Assembly (NCBI RefSeq): GCF_006345805.1
Contig: NC_043001.1
Location: 110,422,001-110,486,000 of the forward strand
From: Octopus sinensis
Taxonomy: Eukaryota
Direction: 5' to 3'
Length of the DNA stretch: 64,000 nt
Shown here: positions 13,531-26,660 of the stretch, piece after piece
Numbering within the stretch: the stretch's first letter is position 1
Layout: each line of letters opens with the position of its first letter
The notes under the pieces: generated by a model
Told to the model about the DNA's origin: nothing
Seen by the model: only the letters and a program-made list of their open reading frames with translations
Databases searched by the model: none
Made by a program: the position numbers and the translations under genes

Positions 13531-13621
13531 TATTCTTACATCTATACCTTTGTGGTGGTGTTTAGCATTTACAATAAAATATAAAAAGACAACTTATAAA
13601 AATAATTATAAAAATATACAG

Positions 13622-13713
13622 TACAGTATTGTTTCTACCTCGCGGATTTTCACCTATCGCGGGGTAGCGGGGTTTTGGAACGTAACACCCGCGATAGCCG
13701 AGGGATTACTCTA
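13622..13713. mobile_element. Short pogo/Tigger-like MITE remnant
   Basis: Starts tacagta. Imperfect inverted ends: ctatcgcgggg versus cccgcgatag, and the right end ccgagggattactc. Confidence 0.4.
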
Positions 13714-13824
13714 TATGTATTTATGTATGTATAAGAAGTGTATAGGTGTATGTGTGTATATGAATATATATGCTTACTTACATGCAACGAATATGTATGT
13801 ATGTATGCATATGTCTATCTATCT

Positions 13825-15263
13825 TCGTACCTTGTCCCGACCCTACCATCACCTAACTAGAACACATTCTCTTCCGCTTCTTGTGGAAAGGATGCGTACC
13901 GATGGTCAGGCGATCCATTTGTTGTCAAGACCCGTTAAAAGGAGGGCTGCGCATGCCGTGGTTGATGATGCGCAGACACGCGCTGAGACTGCGACATCTC
14001 AGGCTCTATGTAGACGACGGTGAACAGGTGTGGTCGCCGTTTGTGAGGCACGCGTTCCCGCGTTCGTCTCCATGACCGAACTGCAGTCGTGGATCAAAAA
14101 GAGTCCGAGGAAGGGCGAATGGCACCGCGAGTGTCGCGTTGCTCTCAAGCAACTCTGCCGTCCCGGGTCGACCTTGAGTGACTTCAACACAACCAAAGCA
14201 TTCTATAGGGGATTAGTGGAGGGGAGGTACGACGACGATCTTGGGGCAAACCTGGGCGTCGACTAGGAATAGCTGACCCGCCTGATTCAAACGACTTTCG
14301 AGCCGGGACCTATGGACAACTTCCAGAGATCCCTGGCCTGACGGTGCTACCGAGAAGTGCTACCCGTTCGGGATAAGCTCTATAGGCATGGCTCATGAAA
14401 CACGGGGCCGACCTGCCCGAGATGCGGTCAGAGCGACGAAACCGCTCTGCACGCACTCGTGCAGTTTTCAACAGTTTCCGACCTGTGGGCTTATGTCGAA
14501 CGACTGCTGTCACGTGTGGGACGTGTCGGTTTATCAGCCGAGTCTATCGTTAATATCGTCACGCCTCCTTCCTTCAAACGAGAAGGAAGAGCTATTTTTA
14601 TCATACTCGTGGCTATGGCGAAAGAATGTATCTGGTGGACGCGCCTGAAAGGATTAGAGACAAACACTTTCCTCTCTGGTCAATCTCTCATCAACTTCTT
14701 CAAGTATCACTTGAAGAGGAAAGTGAGAGTAGAGAGGCAAGTTTTGTCTAGTGAATGTTTTAAAAACAGATGGGTGAATGTAGCAAGGATGGCACGTATG
14801 AATGACGAAATCACCTTGAACATAATCCTATGAACCCAGAAATTGAAAACAAAGGGTTACTCACTTGCAAACAAATGTGGTAACATATAACAATATTGAC
14901 CGAGATTACCGTGGTCTTTTTCGTAGGCTTTTCTTCCCACGGATGAACCTTATTTGTTTCCCCCTTTACACCGTACATCATGACACTGTGATACACGATA
15001 CCTATTGATCGTTTTTTTTTCCTCTTCCCCTTTTTTCCTATTTTCTCTTCTTTTTTCCTTTTTCTTTTCTTCTTTCTTTTCCTTTTTTTTCCCTGTTTTT
15101 TCTTTTTTCCTTTTTACGATCCCTTTTGATCGAAAACCTACGCCACTTTTTTCTGTTTTGCTTTTTTTTGGTTTTTTTTTTTGTTTTGTCATCCCCTAAA
15201 AGAAAAGCTCTACCTTGAAATTTGTCCCATCTGTGTGTAGCCCTGTGTGGCCAATAACGAAAC
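13825..15263 (+). mobile_element. Tx1-like (L1 clade) LINE, 5'-truncated, with ORF2 C-terminus and complete 3' UTR
   Basis: ILFRFLWKG-like region, CPRCGQSDETALHALVQ (degenerate zinc knuckle), stop at 14833, T-rich UTR, end ccaataacgaaac. TCTATCTATCT precedes it and (TCTA)n follows it. Confidence 0.88.
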
Positions 15264-15319
15264 TTATCTATCTATCAATGTACTTGTCTGTTTACCTCTC
15301 AGTATGTATCTGCCTACAC

Positions 15320-15413
<94 letters not shown>

Positions 15414-15488
15414 TTATCTATGCATCCATCTATCTATCTGTCTATCTATCTATCTATCTATCTATCTATATATCTATCTGTCTATCTG

Positions 15489-15521
<33 letters not shown>

Positions 15522-15522
15522 A

Positions 15523-15603
<81 letters not shown>

Positions 15604-15649
15604 GTCTATCTGTCTATATATATGTCTATCTATCTATCTATCTACCTAC

Positions 15650-15740
<91 letters not shown>

Positions 15741-15780
15741 ACTATCTATCTATCTAAAAATCTATTTATCCATCTATATA
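15264..15780. repeat. Long (TCTA)n array
   Basis: Seen directly. Confidence 0.95.
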
Positions 15781-16062
15781 ATATCAGTGTTCGAGCTGAG
15801 GGAGGTTTGTCTTCCCGATCTAGCATCTCTTGCAACACCAACCACCAACAGGCTCCTTCGCTATCTCGTTGTAGCAACAGTTGCTAACATAGATTTATTG
15901 ATTGTTGCGTTGTTGCATGTTGTGAAACGTGTCCGGCTGCTGGTAAGCAAGATTACAATGAATGCAACTAGTAACATCTGTAACAAATGCTTGCACTAAC
16001 TAAACAACAGGTGCCGTTAGCAATTGTTATATTCCTGATTGTAGCAGCTGAAGCAGCATTTC

Positions 16063-16104
<42 letters not shown>

Positions 16105-16421
16105 AGAGAGAGAGAGAGAGCTTTTCCCTACGCTCGCCTTCCCCACCTCCCAACACCATCGCAACACAGCACACGCCACTACACCTTACAACACCATACC
16201 ACACAGGACATCACATCACAACACATCAACACTAGCCACTTCCTAGCCCCATATTTTCACACCTACACATATACACACGTACACGTAAAGATCACCAACC
16301 CTCTTCGGCACGCACATATAAACTGTCTTACACACACTCACACGCACCTTCGTTTTGGGATCACCACTAATTTATTATCTACCCTTCTCCCTAGCTTCCT
16401 GTGTGACCTTCTGTCCGGCAT

Positions 16422-16610
16422 TCGCCATGATAGGTCGCTAGCCACTACACATTCTTTATTTTCTCTCCTTGTTTCTTTCTGGGTTCCTTTCAGTGGAAGA
16501 GCATAGGCTCGAAACCTTAAAGACTTTTTCACGTCCCGAGTGTTATACTGATACATCTGTTTGTTGTCTACACCACCTGTCTTCGTCCTGTTTTTTGTGA
16601 ATTCTCCATA
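16422..16610 (+). mobile_element. ~200-bp hammerhead-like repeat family, copy 1 (degenerate core; probably PLE pseudo-LTR derived)
   Basis: Colinear with 56765-56977 and 61481-61673. Core cttt-cagtgga-a-gagc-atag-gctc-gaaac-ctt-aaag. Followed by (TA)n. Confidence 0.7.
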
Positions 16611-16645
16611 TACATATATATATATATGTGTGTGTGTGTGTAGAA

Positions 16646-16677
<32 letters not shown>

Positions 16678-16739
16678 TAGTTGTGGTAGTAGACTTGTTC
16701 GTAACTGGATATGTGTGCAATAACAGTAGTATAAATTGT

Positions 16740-16792
16740 CGCACACACACACACGCACAAAAAAATATGCGCTAATAATTCAATATATGCGC

Positions 16793-16831
<39 letters not shown>

Positions 16832-17080
16832 TGTGTGTGTGTGTGTGTGTACTCTATTAAAAAGACAAAAATATCACAAAAACTGTTACTCAGAGTTTCA
16901 CGATCCCGCTCGTCGGACAGTTTTGTTTAGAAATACTACTCTACCTCTGGTATTCGAGTACTATTTCTTCCACCGTTTTTCGCATTTATGTGCTTACTCT
17001 CGTATGTATGTATGTATGTATGTATGTATGTATGTATGTATGTATGTATGTATGTATGTATGTATGTATGTATGTATGTA

Positions 17081-17140
<60 letters not shown>

Positions 17141-17641
17141 TTATTTGACTGCGTCTATGTAGGAGCACCGCTTTTAGTCGAACAAATCGAGCCCAGTACT
17201 TTTTCTATCGTGCCCTTTAGCCGAGCCGCTAGGTAACGGAGACGCAAACACATCAACATTGGTTGTCAACCGATGGTGGTGGGTACAAACACGTACACAC
17301 GCGCTTATATGTATATACATACGACGGGCTTCTTTCAGATTCCGTCTACCAAATCCACTCAGAAGACTTTGGTCGGCCTGAAGCAATAGTAGAAGACACT
17401 TGCCGAAGGTCTCACGCAGTGGGACTGGACCCGGAACCATGTGGCTGGTTAGCAAGCTACTTACCTCACAGCCCCTCCTGCACCTATATATATATATGTG
17501 TGTGTGTGTGTGTATGTGTGTGTGTGTCTGTGTGTGTGTGTGTCTGTGTGTGTCTGTGTGTGTTACACATGCATACATACATTCACACATGTATACATGC
17601 ATACATACATTCACACATGTATACATGCATAACTATTCCTT

Positions 17642-17688
<47 letters not shown>

Positions 17689-17790
17689 ACAATAGCTGAT
17701 TCAGAAAACATAAGCTGTAGTAGAAGTAGTAGTAGCAGTAGTAGTAGTAGTAGAAGAAGTAGTAGTAGTAGTAGTAGCAGCAGCAGCAGG
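16740..17790. repeat. (CA/TG)n, (TATG)n, (TA)n and (GTA)n microsatellites around a family B SINE
   Basis: Seen directly. Confidence 0.85.
17141..17478 (-). mobile_element. SINE family B
   Basis: Reverse complement of the family B pattern (ccggaaccatgtgg, agaagacacttgcc, acgacgggcttctttcag). Confidence 0.85.
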
Positions 17791-18229
17791 AAGAACGTCG
17801 CTTTCACCTTTGTTTAATCTATCTAAGTCCTAACGTAAAATTAAAGACCCTGAAGCCTTATCTACATATTCCCCCACCCTTTTTGCCAATCCCGACGGAG
17901 AGAAATCTAAGTATCCCTCCATTAACCTATGTGTCCTTCACCCACATTTACCTTTTTCCTCTTTTTTATCTTTTGTGTGTGTATGCTTGTGTATTGTAGA
18001 TTGGCTGCAGTTTCTAGCAGAGAGAACGACCTCTCTTCCACCCGGCCTTCTGCATTGTTCCTATGTTTTTTTTTTTTTCCGTTCAGTAGACCAGCGTTGT
18101 AGTCTAAAGTGGTGTACGGATTACAGTTGCGGTGGTAGTTGCATCCTGCGATGATGATTTGTGTTGGTGAAAAGTAGTGGCTGATTTATTTCAGGAAATA
18201 CCAATATTGGCTCCTAACAACGACAGCGG

Positions 18230-18628
18230 CAGCGTTGGTGGTGGTGGTGGTGGTAGTAGAAGTAGCAGACAGTAGTGGTAGTAATAGTAGTCGTAGGAGG
18301 AGGAAGAGGAGGTGGAGGAGGAGGAGGAAATAGAAGAGAAGTAACAGTAGTAGTAGTAGTAGTGCGAATTGTAGTACAAGGTGTATTAGTAATAGTAGAG
18401 GTAGTAGTATTAGTAGTAGTAACAGCAGCAGTAGCAATAGTAGTAGTAATAACAGCAGCAGCAGTAGTAGTATTAGTAGTAGTACGAATTGTTGCAGTTG
18501 TAGTAGTACTATTAATGGTAGGGGTAGTAGTAGGAGGAGGAGGAGGAAGAGGAGGGAAATAGAAGAGAAGTAATAGTAATAGTAGTTGTAGTAGTACGAA
18601 TTGTTGTAGTACTAGGAGTATTAATAAC

Positions 18629-18665
<37 letters not shown>

Positions 18666-18830
18666 ATAGTGGTTGTGGTAGTAATAGTAGAGGTAGTACG
18701 AATTATTGTAGTTGTAGTAATAGTAATGGCAGGGGTAGTAGTAGTAGTAGTAGTAGTGGCGGTGGTGGTTGTGGTAGTAGTAGTAGTAGTACGAATTATT
18801 GTAGTTGTAGTAATAGTAATGGCAGGGGTT

Positions 18831-18865
<35 letters not shown>

Positions 18866-18941
18866 GGTGGTGGTGGTGGTGGTGGTAGTAGTAGTAGTAG
18901 TACGAATTATTGTAGTTGTAGTAATAGTAATGGCAGGGGTT

Positions 18942-18973
<32 letters not shown>

Positions 18974-18983
18974 GGTGGTGGTG

Positions 18984-19014
<31 letters not shown>

Positions 19015-19015
19015 A
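18230..19015. repeat. (GTA)/(GTG)-rich region with a higher-order repeat (40-bp anchor plus microsatellite spacers)
   Basis: gtacgaattattgtagttgtagtaatagtaatggcagggg at about 18696, 18789 and 18900; diverged copies at about 18360, 18480 and 18592. Confidence 0.85.
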
Positions 19016-20080
19016 CGACTGCACTACGTGAGAAAATTGGTTTGGCAGTGATGGTAGCTAAAACAACATAAATACATTTACAACAATAAAAAAAATTGCT
19101 AACCACGTTAGCAACAAAGGCTGTATTGGTAACCATGACACTAGCAACGCACCAATGTAATTAGAGTTGCGGCGGTAGTACGAACACTATAAGAACAAAA
19201 ATATCGGGTGTAATATCTGTTGCTCTTGTAGGAATTCCTTTTGATGTTGTCGTTGTTGTTGTTGTCGTCGTCTTAATCTCGTGTTAGCCTTGACCGAAAA
19301 TGTTATGATCAAAGCATTCCATTCAGGGACATACCAGTGTTTCGTATAACCAGCATCACACACACACACACACACTCATACACACACACACACACACACA
19401 CACATACACACATACACACACACATACATATACGCACGCTCAAGTCCCTTGGTAATTCTCTGTGTAGAGCGTGATCTTAGAGTAATTTTGGTTGTTATTT
19501 CTAGCTTCTCCGTTGGACATGTTATTAAGCTCCTATTTCATCTTCACTGAGCATAACTATAATCAAAAGACATTCCTATAGTGACCATCCTGTCATTTAT
19601 TCAGACAACTTCTAGGATTACATTATCCAAAATGCAGTTTATTTGTATATTTTCTAAGACTGTTGAAGTAAGTTATGAGGGAGATTTTAGCTGCTATTTC
19701 TCATAGAACGAATATTTCACGCTCATAGGTCAGTTCTTGATTCATGTTCTTGGTTGTAGTAAATTCATTTCGGAGACTTGAAAGCCGTAGAGGTTGTAGT
19801 GGAACCAGTTGTAGGCGGTAAGTAGCAACTGTTGTAGAGGTAGCAGTAGAAAGCGAATAGCTGATGCATTTGAAACTGATGCGGTAAGAACTACAGCAAG
19901 GCACCCAGTAGCAGCAGCGGAATCGAGTCGATGGTAGTTGTCTGTGTGCGTCTGCCAGGGGATTTTCCTTAGTAAAGTGAAACTTAGCAGTTGAAGTGAT
20001 CGCGACGGTTTCTAGCATATGCGGTTTGTTTACGGTTACTGAAATGCGATAAAATATTGTTCAATGTATGTTGTGATGGA

Positions 20081-20472
20081 GGCGGCGAGCTGGCAGAAAC
20101 GTTAGCACGCTGGGCGAAATGCTTAGCGGTGTTTCGCCTGTCGTTACGCTCTGAGTTCAAATTCCGCCGAGGTCGACTTTACCTTTCATCCTTTCGGGGT
20201 CGATAAATTAAGTATCAGTTACGCACTGGGGTCGATGTAATCGGCTTAATCCGTTCGTCTGTCCTTGTTTGTCTCCTCTGTGTTTAGCCCCTTGTGGGTA
20301 GCAAAGAAATAGGTATTTCGGCTGTCGTTGCGTTCTGTGTTCGAATTCCGCCGAGGTGGACTGCATTTTATCCTTTCGGGGTCGATAAATTAAGTACCTG
20401 TTGTATACTGGGTCGATCTAATCGACTGCCCCGCTCATCAAGAATTTCGGGCCTTGTACCTACAGTAGAATA
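20081..20472 (+). mobile_element. SINE family A dimer (head-core-tail A, then truncated head-core-tail B)
   Basis: ggcggcgagctggcagaaacgttagc, B box gagttcaaattcc, junction gaaataggtatttc at 20306. Confidence 0.92.
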
Positions 20473-20619
20473 GGATGTATGTAGTGATGCATCCTTTCGC
20501 CGTGGAATGATGTGAGATTGGTTTGACACCGTTGGAAGAATGATTTTTTTGTGAAATTAGTGCTAATTTGGCGTGAGAGGATTTGGTAAGCGGGGAATAG
20601 ATGTGTATGATTATTCGTT

Positions 20620-21231
20620 TCTGCTCTAAGAACTGGGCCCGAAATTTTGTGGGGTGGGGGGCAGTCGATTAGATTGATCCCAGTACGCAACTGGTGCTTT
20701 ATTTATCAACACCGAAACGACGAAAGGCAAAGTCGACCTCGGTAGAATTTGAACACAGAACATAAAAACAGACAAAATACCGCTATACATTTCGCCCAGC
20801 TTGCTAACGTTTCTTATTTTTTTATTGCCCACTGGGGTCTAAGCATAGAAGGGACAAACAAGGACAGATAAAGGGATTAAGTCGATTACATCGACTCCAG
20901 TGCGTAACTGGTACTTAATTTATCAACGCTGAAAGGATGAAAGGCAAAGACGTACTCGGCGGAATTTGAACTCAGAACGTAATGACAGATGAAATACTTA
21001 TTTCTTTACTACCCACAAGGGGCTAAAACACAGAGGAGAGAAACAAGGACATACAAACGGATTAAGTCGATTATATCGACCCCAGTGCGTAACTGGTACT
21101 TAATTTATCGACCCCGAAAAGGGGAAAGGCAAAGTCGACCTCGGCGGAATTTGAACTCAGAACGTAACGGCAGACGAAATACCGCTACGCATTTCGTCCG
21201 GCGTTCCAACGTTTCTGCTCGCTCGCCGCCT
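20620..21231 (-). mobile_element. SINE family A trimer (tails A, A, B)
   Basis: Three cores; junctions at about 20997 and 20812. Confidence 0.9.
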
Positions 21232-21814
21232 TCCTGCCTATGATCATTGAGGAATCAATGACAGTATAGTCAGCCTCGAAGTAGGCATTCTGCGTATTAC
21301 GACAGGGCGTCCCGATAGGAAGTTAACTATAAGAGAGGTGTGGTATATCTTACAAAGAAATTCGCGTTGTATGTGCGTATCACTCCACTGATGTTAAGGG
21401 CAAGCGCACTACTTTTACCAAATTTCTCGAGGGTTAGAACTCATTGGCAGTTGACATCAGACGATAGGTTGCCATTAGATCGTATTTACGAAAGCTCTAT
21501 GATGTTCAGTACGGATGGAGAGATAAGGTATTTGTCGTTAAAGGTCAATATATTAGAAATTAGTACAAGTGGGTCGTAGCTACCCCGGTTAAAAGAGTTG
21601 GTCTCTTAGTGTAAGGAACACGCTGTAGTGTCTTTCCAAATGTACTATATATTTTATCGACCCCGAAAAGTTGAAAGGCGAAAAGGACTTCAGTGAAATA
21701 TGAAGTCATAAAGTAAGGAACTGGAAAAAAATGCTTAACCTCTCGCAGCGACAATACAATATTAGGGTGGTTTTTTTTTGTTGATGGGAACCAACTGGAA
21801 TTAATTTCACATTT

Positions 21815-22214
21815 GGAGTGGCTGTGTGATAAGTAGCTTGCTTACCAACCACATGGTTCCGGGTTCAATCCCACTGCGTGGCAGCTTGGGCAAGTGTCTT
21901 CTGCTATAGCCCCGGGCCGACCAATGCCTTGTGAGTGTATTTGGTAGACGGAAACTGAAAGAAGCCTGTCGTATATATGTATATATATATATATATGTGT
22001 GTGTTTGTGTGTCTGTGTTTGTTCCCCCTAGCATTGCTTGACAACCGATGCTGGTGTGTTTACGTCCCCGTCACTTAGCGGTTCGGTAAAAGAGACCGAT
22101 AGAATAAATACTGGGCTTACAAAGAATAAGTCCCGGGGTCGATTTGCTCGACTAAAGGCGGTGCTCCAGCATGGCCGCAGTCAAATGACTGAAACAAGTA
22201 AAAGAGTAAAGAGT
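21815..22214 (+). mobile_element. SINE family B, full length
   Basis: tRNA head, CORE-like ttgggcaagtgtctt, internal (TA)(TG), tail ending aagtaaaagagtaaagag. Confidence 0.92.
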
Positions 22215-22999
22215 ATATATGTAATATTGAAAATGATAGAGTGAAAAAAGATCACTTTTGATGAAATTCAGCTGATAGGTTTTATTTGGAAGCGGATGAA
22301 AAGTGGGCAGCGAATATAAAGAATTTCATCGCAGCAGTACTGATCACGGAACCATTATGGTTGGAAAATGAATGTAAGAGGGATTCCGCTGTTTTGCTAA
22401 TGATTCTCTAGGCTAGGAATAAAAGACATCATCTGTAGTTTGGGAGAGAGCAGGAGACCTTCCAGCTGTGTGAAAGTGCGCAACCATATCACACAATATG
22501 GCTGATAATCATTCGGAAGTTATGGTGGTGGAGATTCATCCCTTTGTAGGAGTAAGAGAGAGGGAGAGATATTGCTTCATCTAATTTATCAAACGAATAC
22601 GTGGAAGCTCACCCTTTGGCTAGCGTTTTCCGTTTGGTTCTTTTTTCTCAATACGGTATCAACAAACCTATGATCAAACAGCACAGACAACATTCCTTCA
22701 CGTTTGTAACAAAAAAGATTGCAATTCCAAATGTGTCTTTTCGTTTTTGAATGAGAGAAGACTGTGATTAAGAAGGAATATGACTGCTATTTCTAGCAGT
22801 GTAAAAGCTCCTTCGTTTTCCACAAAAGGTGATAATAATAGCTTTGATATCAGAATATCTGATGCGAGTGTTTTATGCTGTCACTCGATCTGCTAAATAT
22901 AATAGGCAAATTACCCTAAAAATAAATACTGCTTCTAAAACAAAAAATAATATTGATACGTATACGATACTCATTGAAATGGTAATTGTTTCGATCAAC

Positions 23000-23713
23000 G
23001 AAGGCAGTTCAGTCAGGGCCGATTTGGAATTACTGGGGTAATAATTTCAACATTCACCGAAATCAGGCTGTTCCCAAACGTAACACAGTCTTACGTTGGG
23101 TGAATGCACTTCGTACACGATGTACACTAAGGAATAGGAAACTAGAGAGAGCATCACGAATTGTACGGACCCCAGAGAATGTGGAACGCATCAGACAAGC
23201 TTTGATACGGAGTCCGAATCGCTCTGCCCGGAGGTATTCCACTGAACTTGGCATCGATAATCGATCGTTTAGGTGTATTTTGCATGAAGACCAGCATTTC
23301 CACCCAACCCATACAGCAAAAGCATCAATAGACGGTCTTCACTCTCTCTTTAATGACCGCCTCATTTCCAGGTTTGCTGATATTACTTGGCCCCCTCGGT
23401 CCCTTGATTTGTTCATGCGTTATTATTTCTTGTGGGAAAACTCCAAAGCATAAGCCCCATACATTGGACGATTTGAAGGAATCTATTCGGGTGAAAGTCG
23501 CCCAAATCAACAGAACAATGCGGAAGAGTGTGGATGCAAACTTCCAAGAACGCCTTCATAAATGCATCATTGAAAACGGATGTTCTTTTCGCTTGATTTT
23601 GACAAATGCTAATCCAATACAAACACATTGATGTCAATAAAATTTCTTTGCAGCTAAAATTAATGATTTTGTGAATTTTTCCAAAACGTCCGTCATCTCT
23701 GCCCCATCCTGTA
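23000..23713 (+). mobile_element. Internally deleted Tc1/mariner-superfamily element (maT/rosa-like, DD37D/DD41D-type)
   Basis: PKRNTVLRWV..VRTPENVERIRQ..RSPNRSARR..FHP, then WPPRSLDL..YFLW and KPHTLDDLKESIR..FQERLHKCI. Ends catcctgTA (TIR-like). The DDE core is missing. Confidence 0.8.
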
Positions 23714-23744
23714 GATGTTGCGACCAGAGAAGCAAGTTATTATA

Positions 23745-23978
23745 TATTTCTTTACTACCCACAAGGCGCTAAACATAGAGAGGACGAACAAGGACAGACA
23801 AACGGATTAAGTCGATTACATCGACCCCAGTGCGAAACTGGTACTTTTATTTATCGACCCCGAAAGGATGAAAGGCAAAGTCGACCTCGGCGGAATTTGA
23901 ACTCAGAACGTAACGACAGACGAAATACCGCTAAGCATTCCGCCCGGTGCGCTAACGTGTCTGCCAGCTCGCCGCCTT
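23745..23978 (-). mobile_element. SINE family A monomer (tail A)
   Basis: Full head, core and tail A. Confidence 0.92.
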
Positions 23979-24099
23979 CTAACGTGTCTGCCAATGTCGT
24001 AGTAAAAGCGATAGTAGCCGCAACAGATATAGATTGGCTCTAACAGTAGAAGTGGCAGAAAAAAAAAAACTGTAAAGATGTGGATATCAGAATTAGAGG

Positions 24100-24720
24100 T
24101 GGTAGCAACTGAGATGAAGCTGTATTTAGAAGTGGTGGTGGTGGTGGGAGCAATTAAAACGAGGCTGAATTGAGAAACAGATAGACGTAGCCACTGAAAC
24201 GAGGCTTCATTCAGAAGTAGAGGCCGTAGTAGCAACTGAAAAGAGGCTGAATTAAAAGGTAGAGGTGATAGTAGCAACTGAAACGACGCTGCACTTGGAA
24301 GTAGAGGTTGAAGTAGCGACTGAAACGAGGCTGAACTTAGAAGTAGTGGTAGAAGTAGCAACGGAAGCGAGGTTGAATTGAGAAGTAGCGGTAGAAGTAG
24401 CAATTGAAACAACGCTGCAAGCAGAAGTGGAGGTAGACGTAGCAACTGAAACGAGGCTGCATTCAGAATTAGAGGCGGCAGAAGCAACTGAAACGAGGCT
24501 GGATTTAAAAACAGAAGTAGTGGTAGTGAATGAAGGAAGCTACTTTCAGAGGAGGAGCTTGTGTGAACAACCGAAACGAAGTTGATGTCAAAAGTGGAGG
24601 TACTGGTAGCAGGTCCATAAGGCTGCATTCAGAAGTGGAGGTGGCAGTTGCAACTGAAGTGGTGCTTCTCTTAGAAGGTAGAAGTAGCAGCTGTATTAGA
24701 ATGTCGTGGTGGTAGTATCA
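24100..24720. repeat. Degenerate ~42-bp minisatellite
   Basis: Unit approximately gtagcaactgaaacgaggctgaacttagaagtagaggtagaa, about 10 recognisable copies that decay rightwards. Confidence 0.8.
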
Positions 24721-24793
24721 GATGTAACGAAGTCGCTTTCAGAAGAAACCCAGCTGTCGTAGAAATAATAGTGACAATACTAGAATCTCTTTA

Positions 24794-25670
24794 AGGCGAC
24801 GAACTGGCAGAAGCGTTAGCACGTCGGACGAAATGCTTAGCACTATTTCCTCTGTCCTTACGTTCTGAGTTCAAATTCCGAAGAGGTCGACTTTTCCTTT
24901 TATCTCTTCGGGATCGATAACTTAAGTACTAGTTGTGTACTGGTGTCGCTCTAATCGACTGGCACCCTCCCACCAAAATTTCAGGCCTTGTTCCCAGGGT
25001 AGAAAAGAATAGTTCAAGGCTGCAAGCTGGCAGAAACGTTAGCGCCGGGCGAAGTGCTTAGTGCTATTTCGTTTGTCTTTACGTTCTGAGTTCAAATTCC
25101 GCAGACGCGGATTTTTTCTTTCCGAGTCGATAAATGAAGTACCAGTTGTGTACTGGTGTCGATCTAATCGACTGACCCTCTCCCCAAAAATTTCGAGCCT
25201 TGTACCTAGTGTAGAAAAGAATATTTCAAGGCGACGAGCTGGCAGAAACATTAGCACGCCGGACGAAATGCTTAGCGCTATTTCCTTTGTCCTTACGTTC
25301 TGAGTTCAAATTCCGCAGAGGTCGACTTTTCCTTTCATCATTTCGCGGTCGAAAAATTAAGTACCAATTGCATACTGAGGTCTATCTAATTGACTGGTCC
25401 CCCTCCCCCAAAATTTCAGGCCTTGTGCCTTTAGTAGAAAATAATTTTAGAATATCATTGAAAGGAGGCGGGCTGACAGAATCTTAGCACATCAGATAAA
25501 ATGCTTACTGACATTTCATCCGCCTTTACGTTGAGTTCAAATTCCACCGAAGCTGACTTTGCCTTTCATCCTTTCGGGATCGATAAAATACGTGCAAGTT
25601 GAACACTGGGTTCGATCTAATCGACTTAGCCCCTCCACTTAGATGTTGACCTTGTGCCAAAATTTGAATC
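24794..25670 (+). mobile_element. Four full-headed family A SINEs (tail B) in direct tandem
   Basis: Heads at about 24794, 25018, 25229 and 25465. Each follows the previous gtagaaaagaata-type tail within about 20 bp. Confidence 0.88.
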
Positions 25671-26660
25671 CAAAATGACCGTCTCTTTGAAGTCATCGAT
25701 GTTGGAAGTCACCACAGCGGAAGGAGGTTCTTAATCGTTGCTAATACTGCTACTTCCACAGAACCATCTACTGCAGCTTCAACTTCCACCCCTGCTGCTA
25801 ATCTTGATGTGGTTGTTTACCTTCTGATAAACCCCGATCGTGAAAAGCATTGCTGCAGGGTATTTCCCTCCTCGATCATCCTCGATATTTTAAAAATTAT
25901 CTCGGAACACATTTTAAGGTAGGATACGTGCAGCATATGGCATCAATCTTTTCGAAGGCGGAGCGTCCGCATATATTGTCCATCACTGACTCGTTCAACA
26001 GATGCTTATTTGTGAAAGAAAAGACGGTGGAAGAAAATATGATGGATAATCAGTTGAGGCTGCAACAATATGATAATGAGATTCTTAGCAGTAGTAACAG
26101 TAGCAGTCGCAGAACCAGAATGAAGCCGGAGGTAGTAGCAGAAGTGGTAGGCGAGCTATTATAGAAAGGTGATGGTGTCTGTATATGCTGCAGATCAACT
26201 CCTAAATCAGTATTTGGTTCAAAGGCCTCCTGACCGTGCTTCATCCCATTATTTTCCTATGTACAACAGATGCAGGATAGCATTATGCAATACGTCGATT
26301 AGAGATTTAGTTGATTTTTCTAGCGTACCAAGTGACCATGTCGAGACAGTCAGTAGCAGCTGCGGCAGCAGTAGTATTAGTAGTAGCAGTAGTAGTAGTA
26401 GTTGCAGCAGCAGCTTTACGAGGTGCAGCAACATGCAATATAATCGTATGTATATAAGTGGCTATCACACGAAGTAAACAGACTACGAGTGTGCTGTTGT
26501 TGCTAAAATTCTAGATCGAACCAAAGCGTTCCTGTCGTGACTATTCCGTCTGTTTTTTTTTATTTTTAAAAGTGTATATATAGACAGTTTAAGTGACTAG
26601 CAATTTTTAGGTAGGTTATTTATAGGTAAACTACTGTATACTAATAGTACAGCAACGTAA

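Noticed and set aside
18696-18945. CRISPR-like repeat-spacer appearance
   Set aside because: The spacers are microsatellites, the context is eukaryotic, and there are no cas genes.
20081-20170. tRNA gene calls for SINE heads (also 46830-46900, 55037)
   Set aside because: A and B boxes are present, but the heads run into SINE bodies and lack a full cloverleaf.
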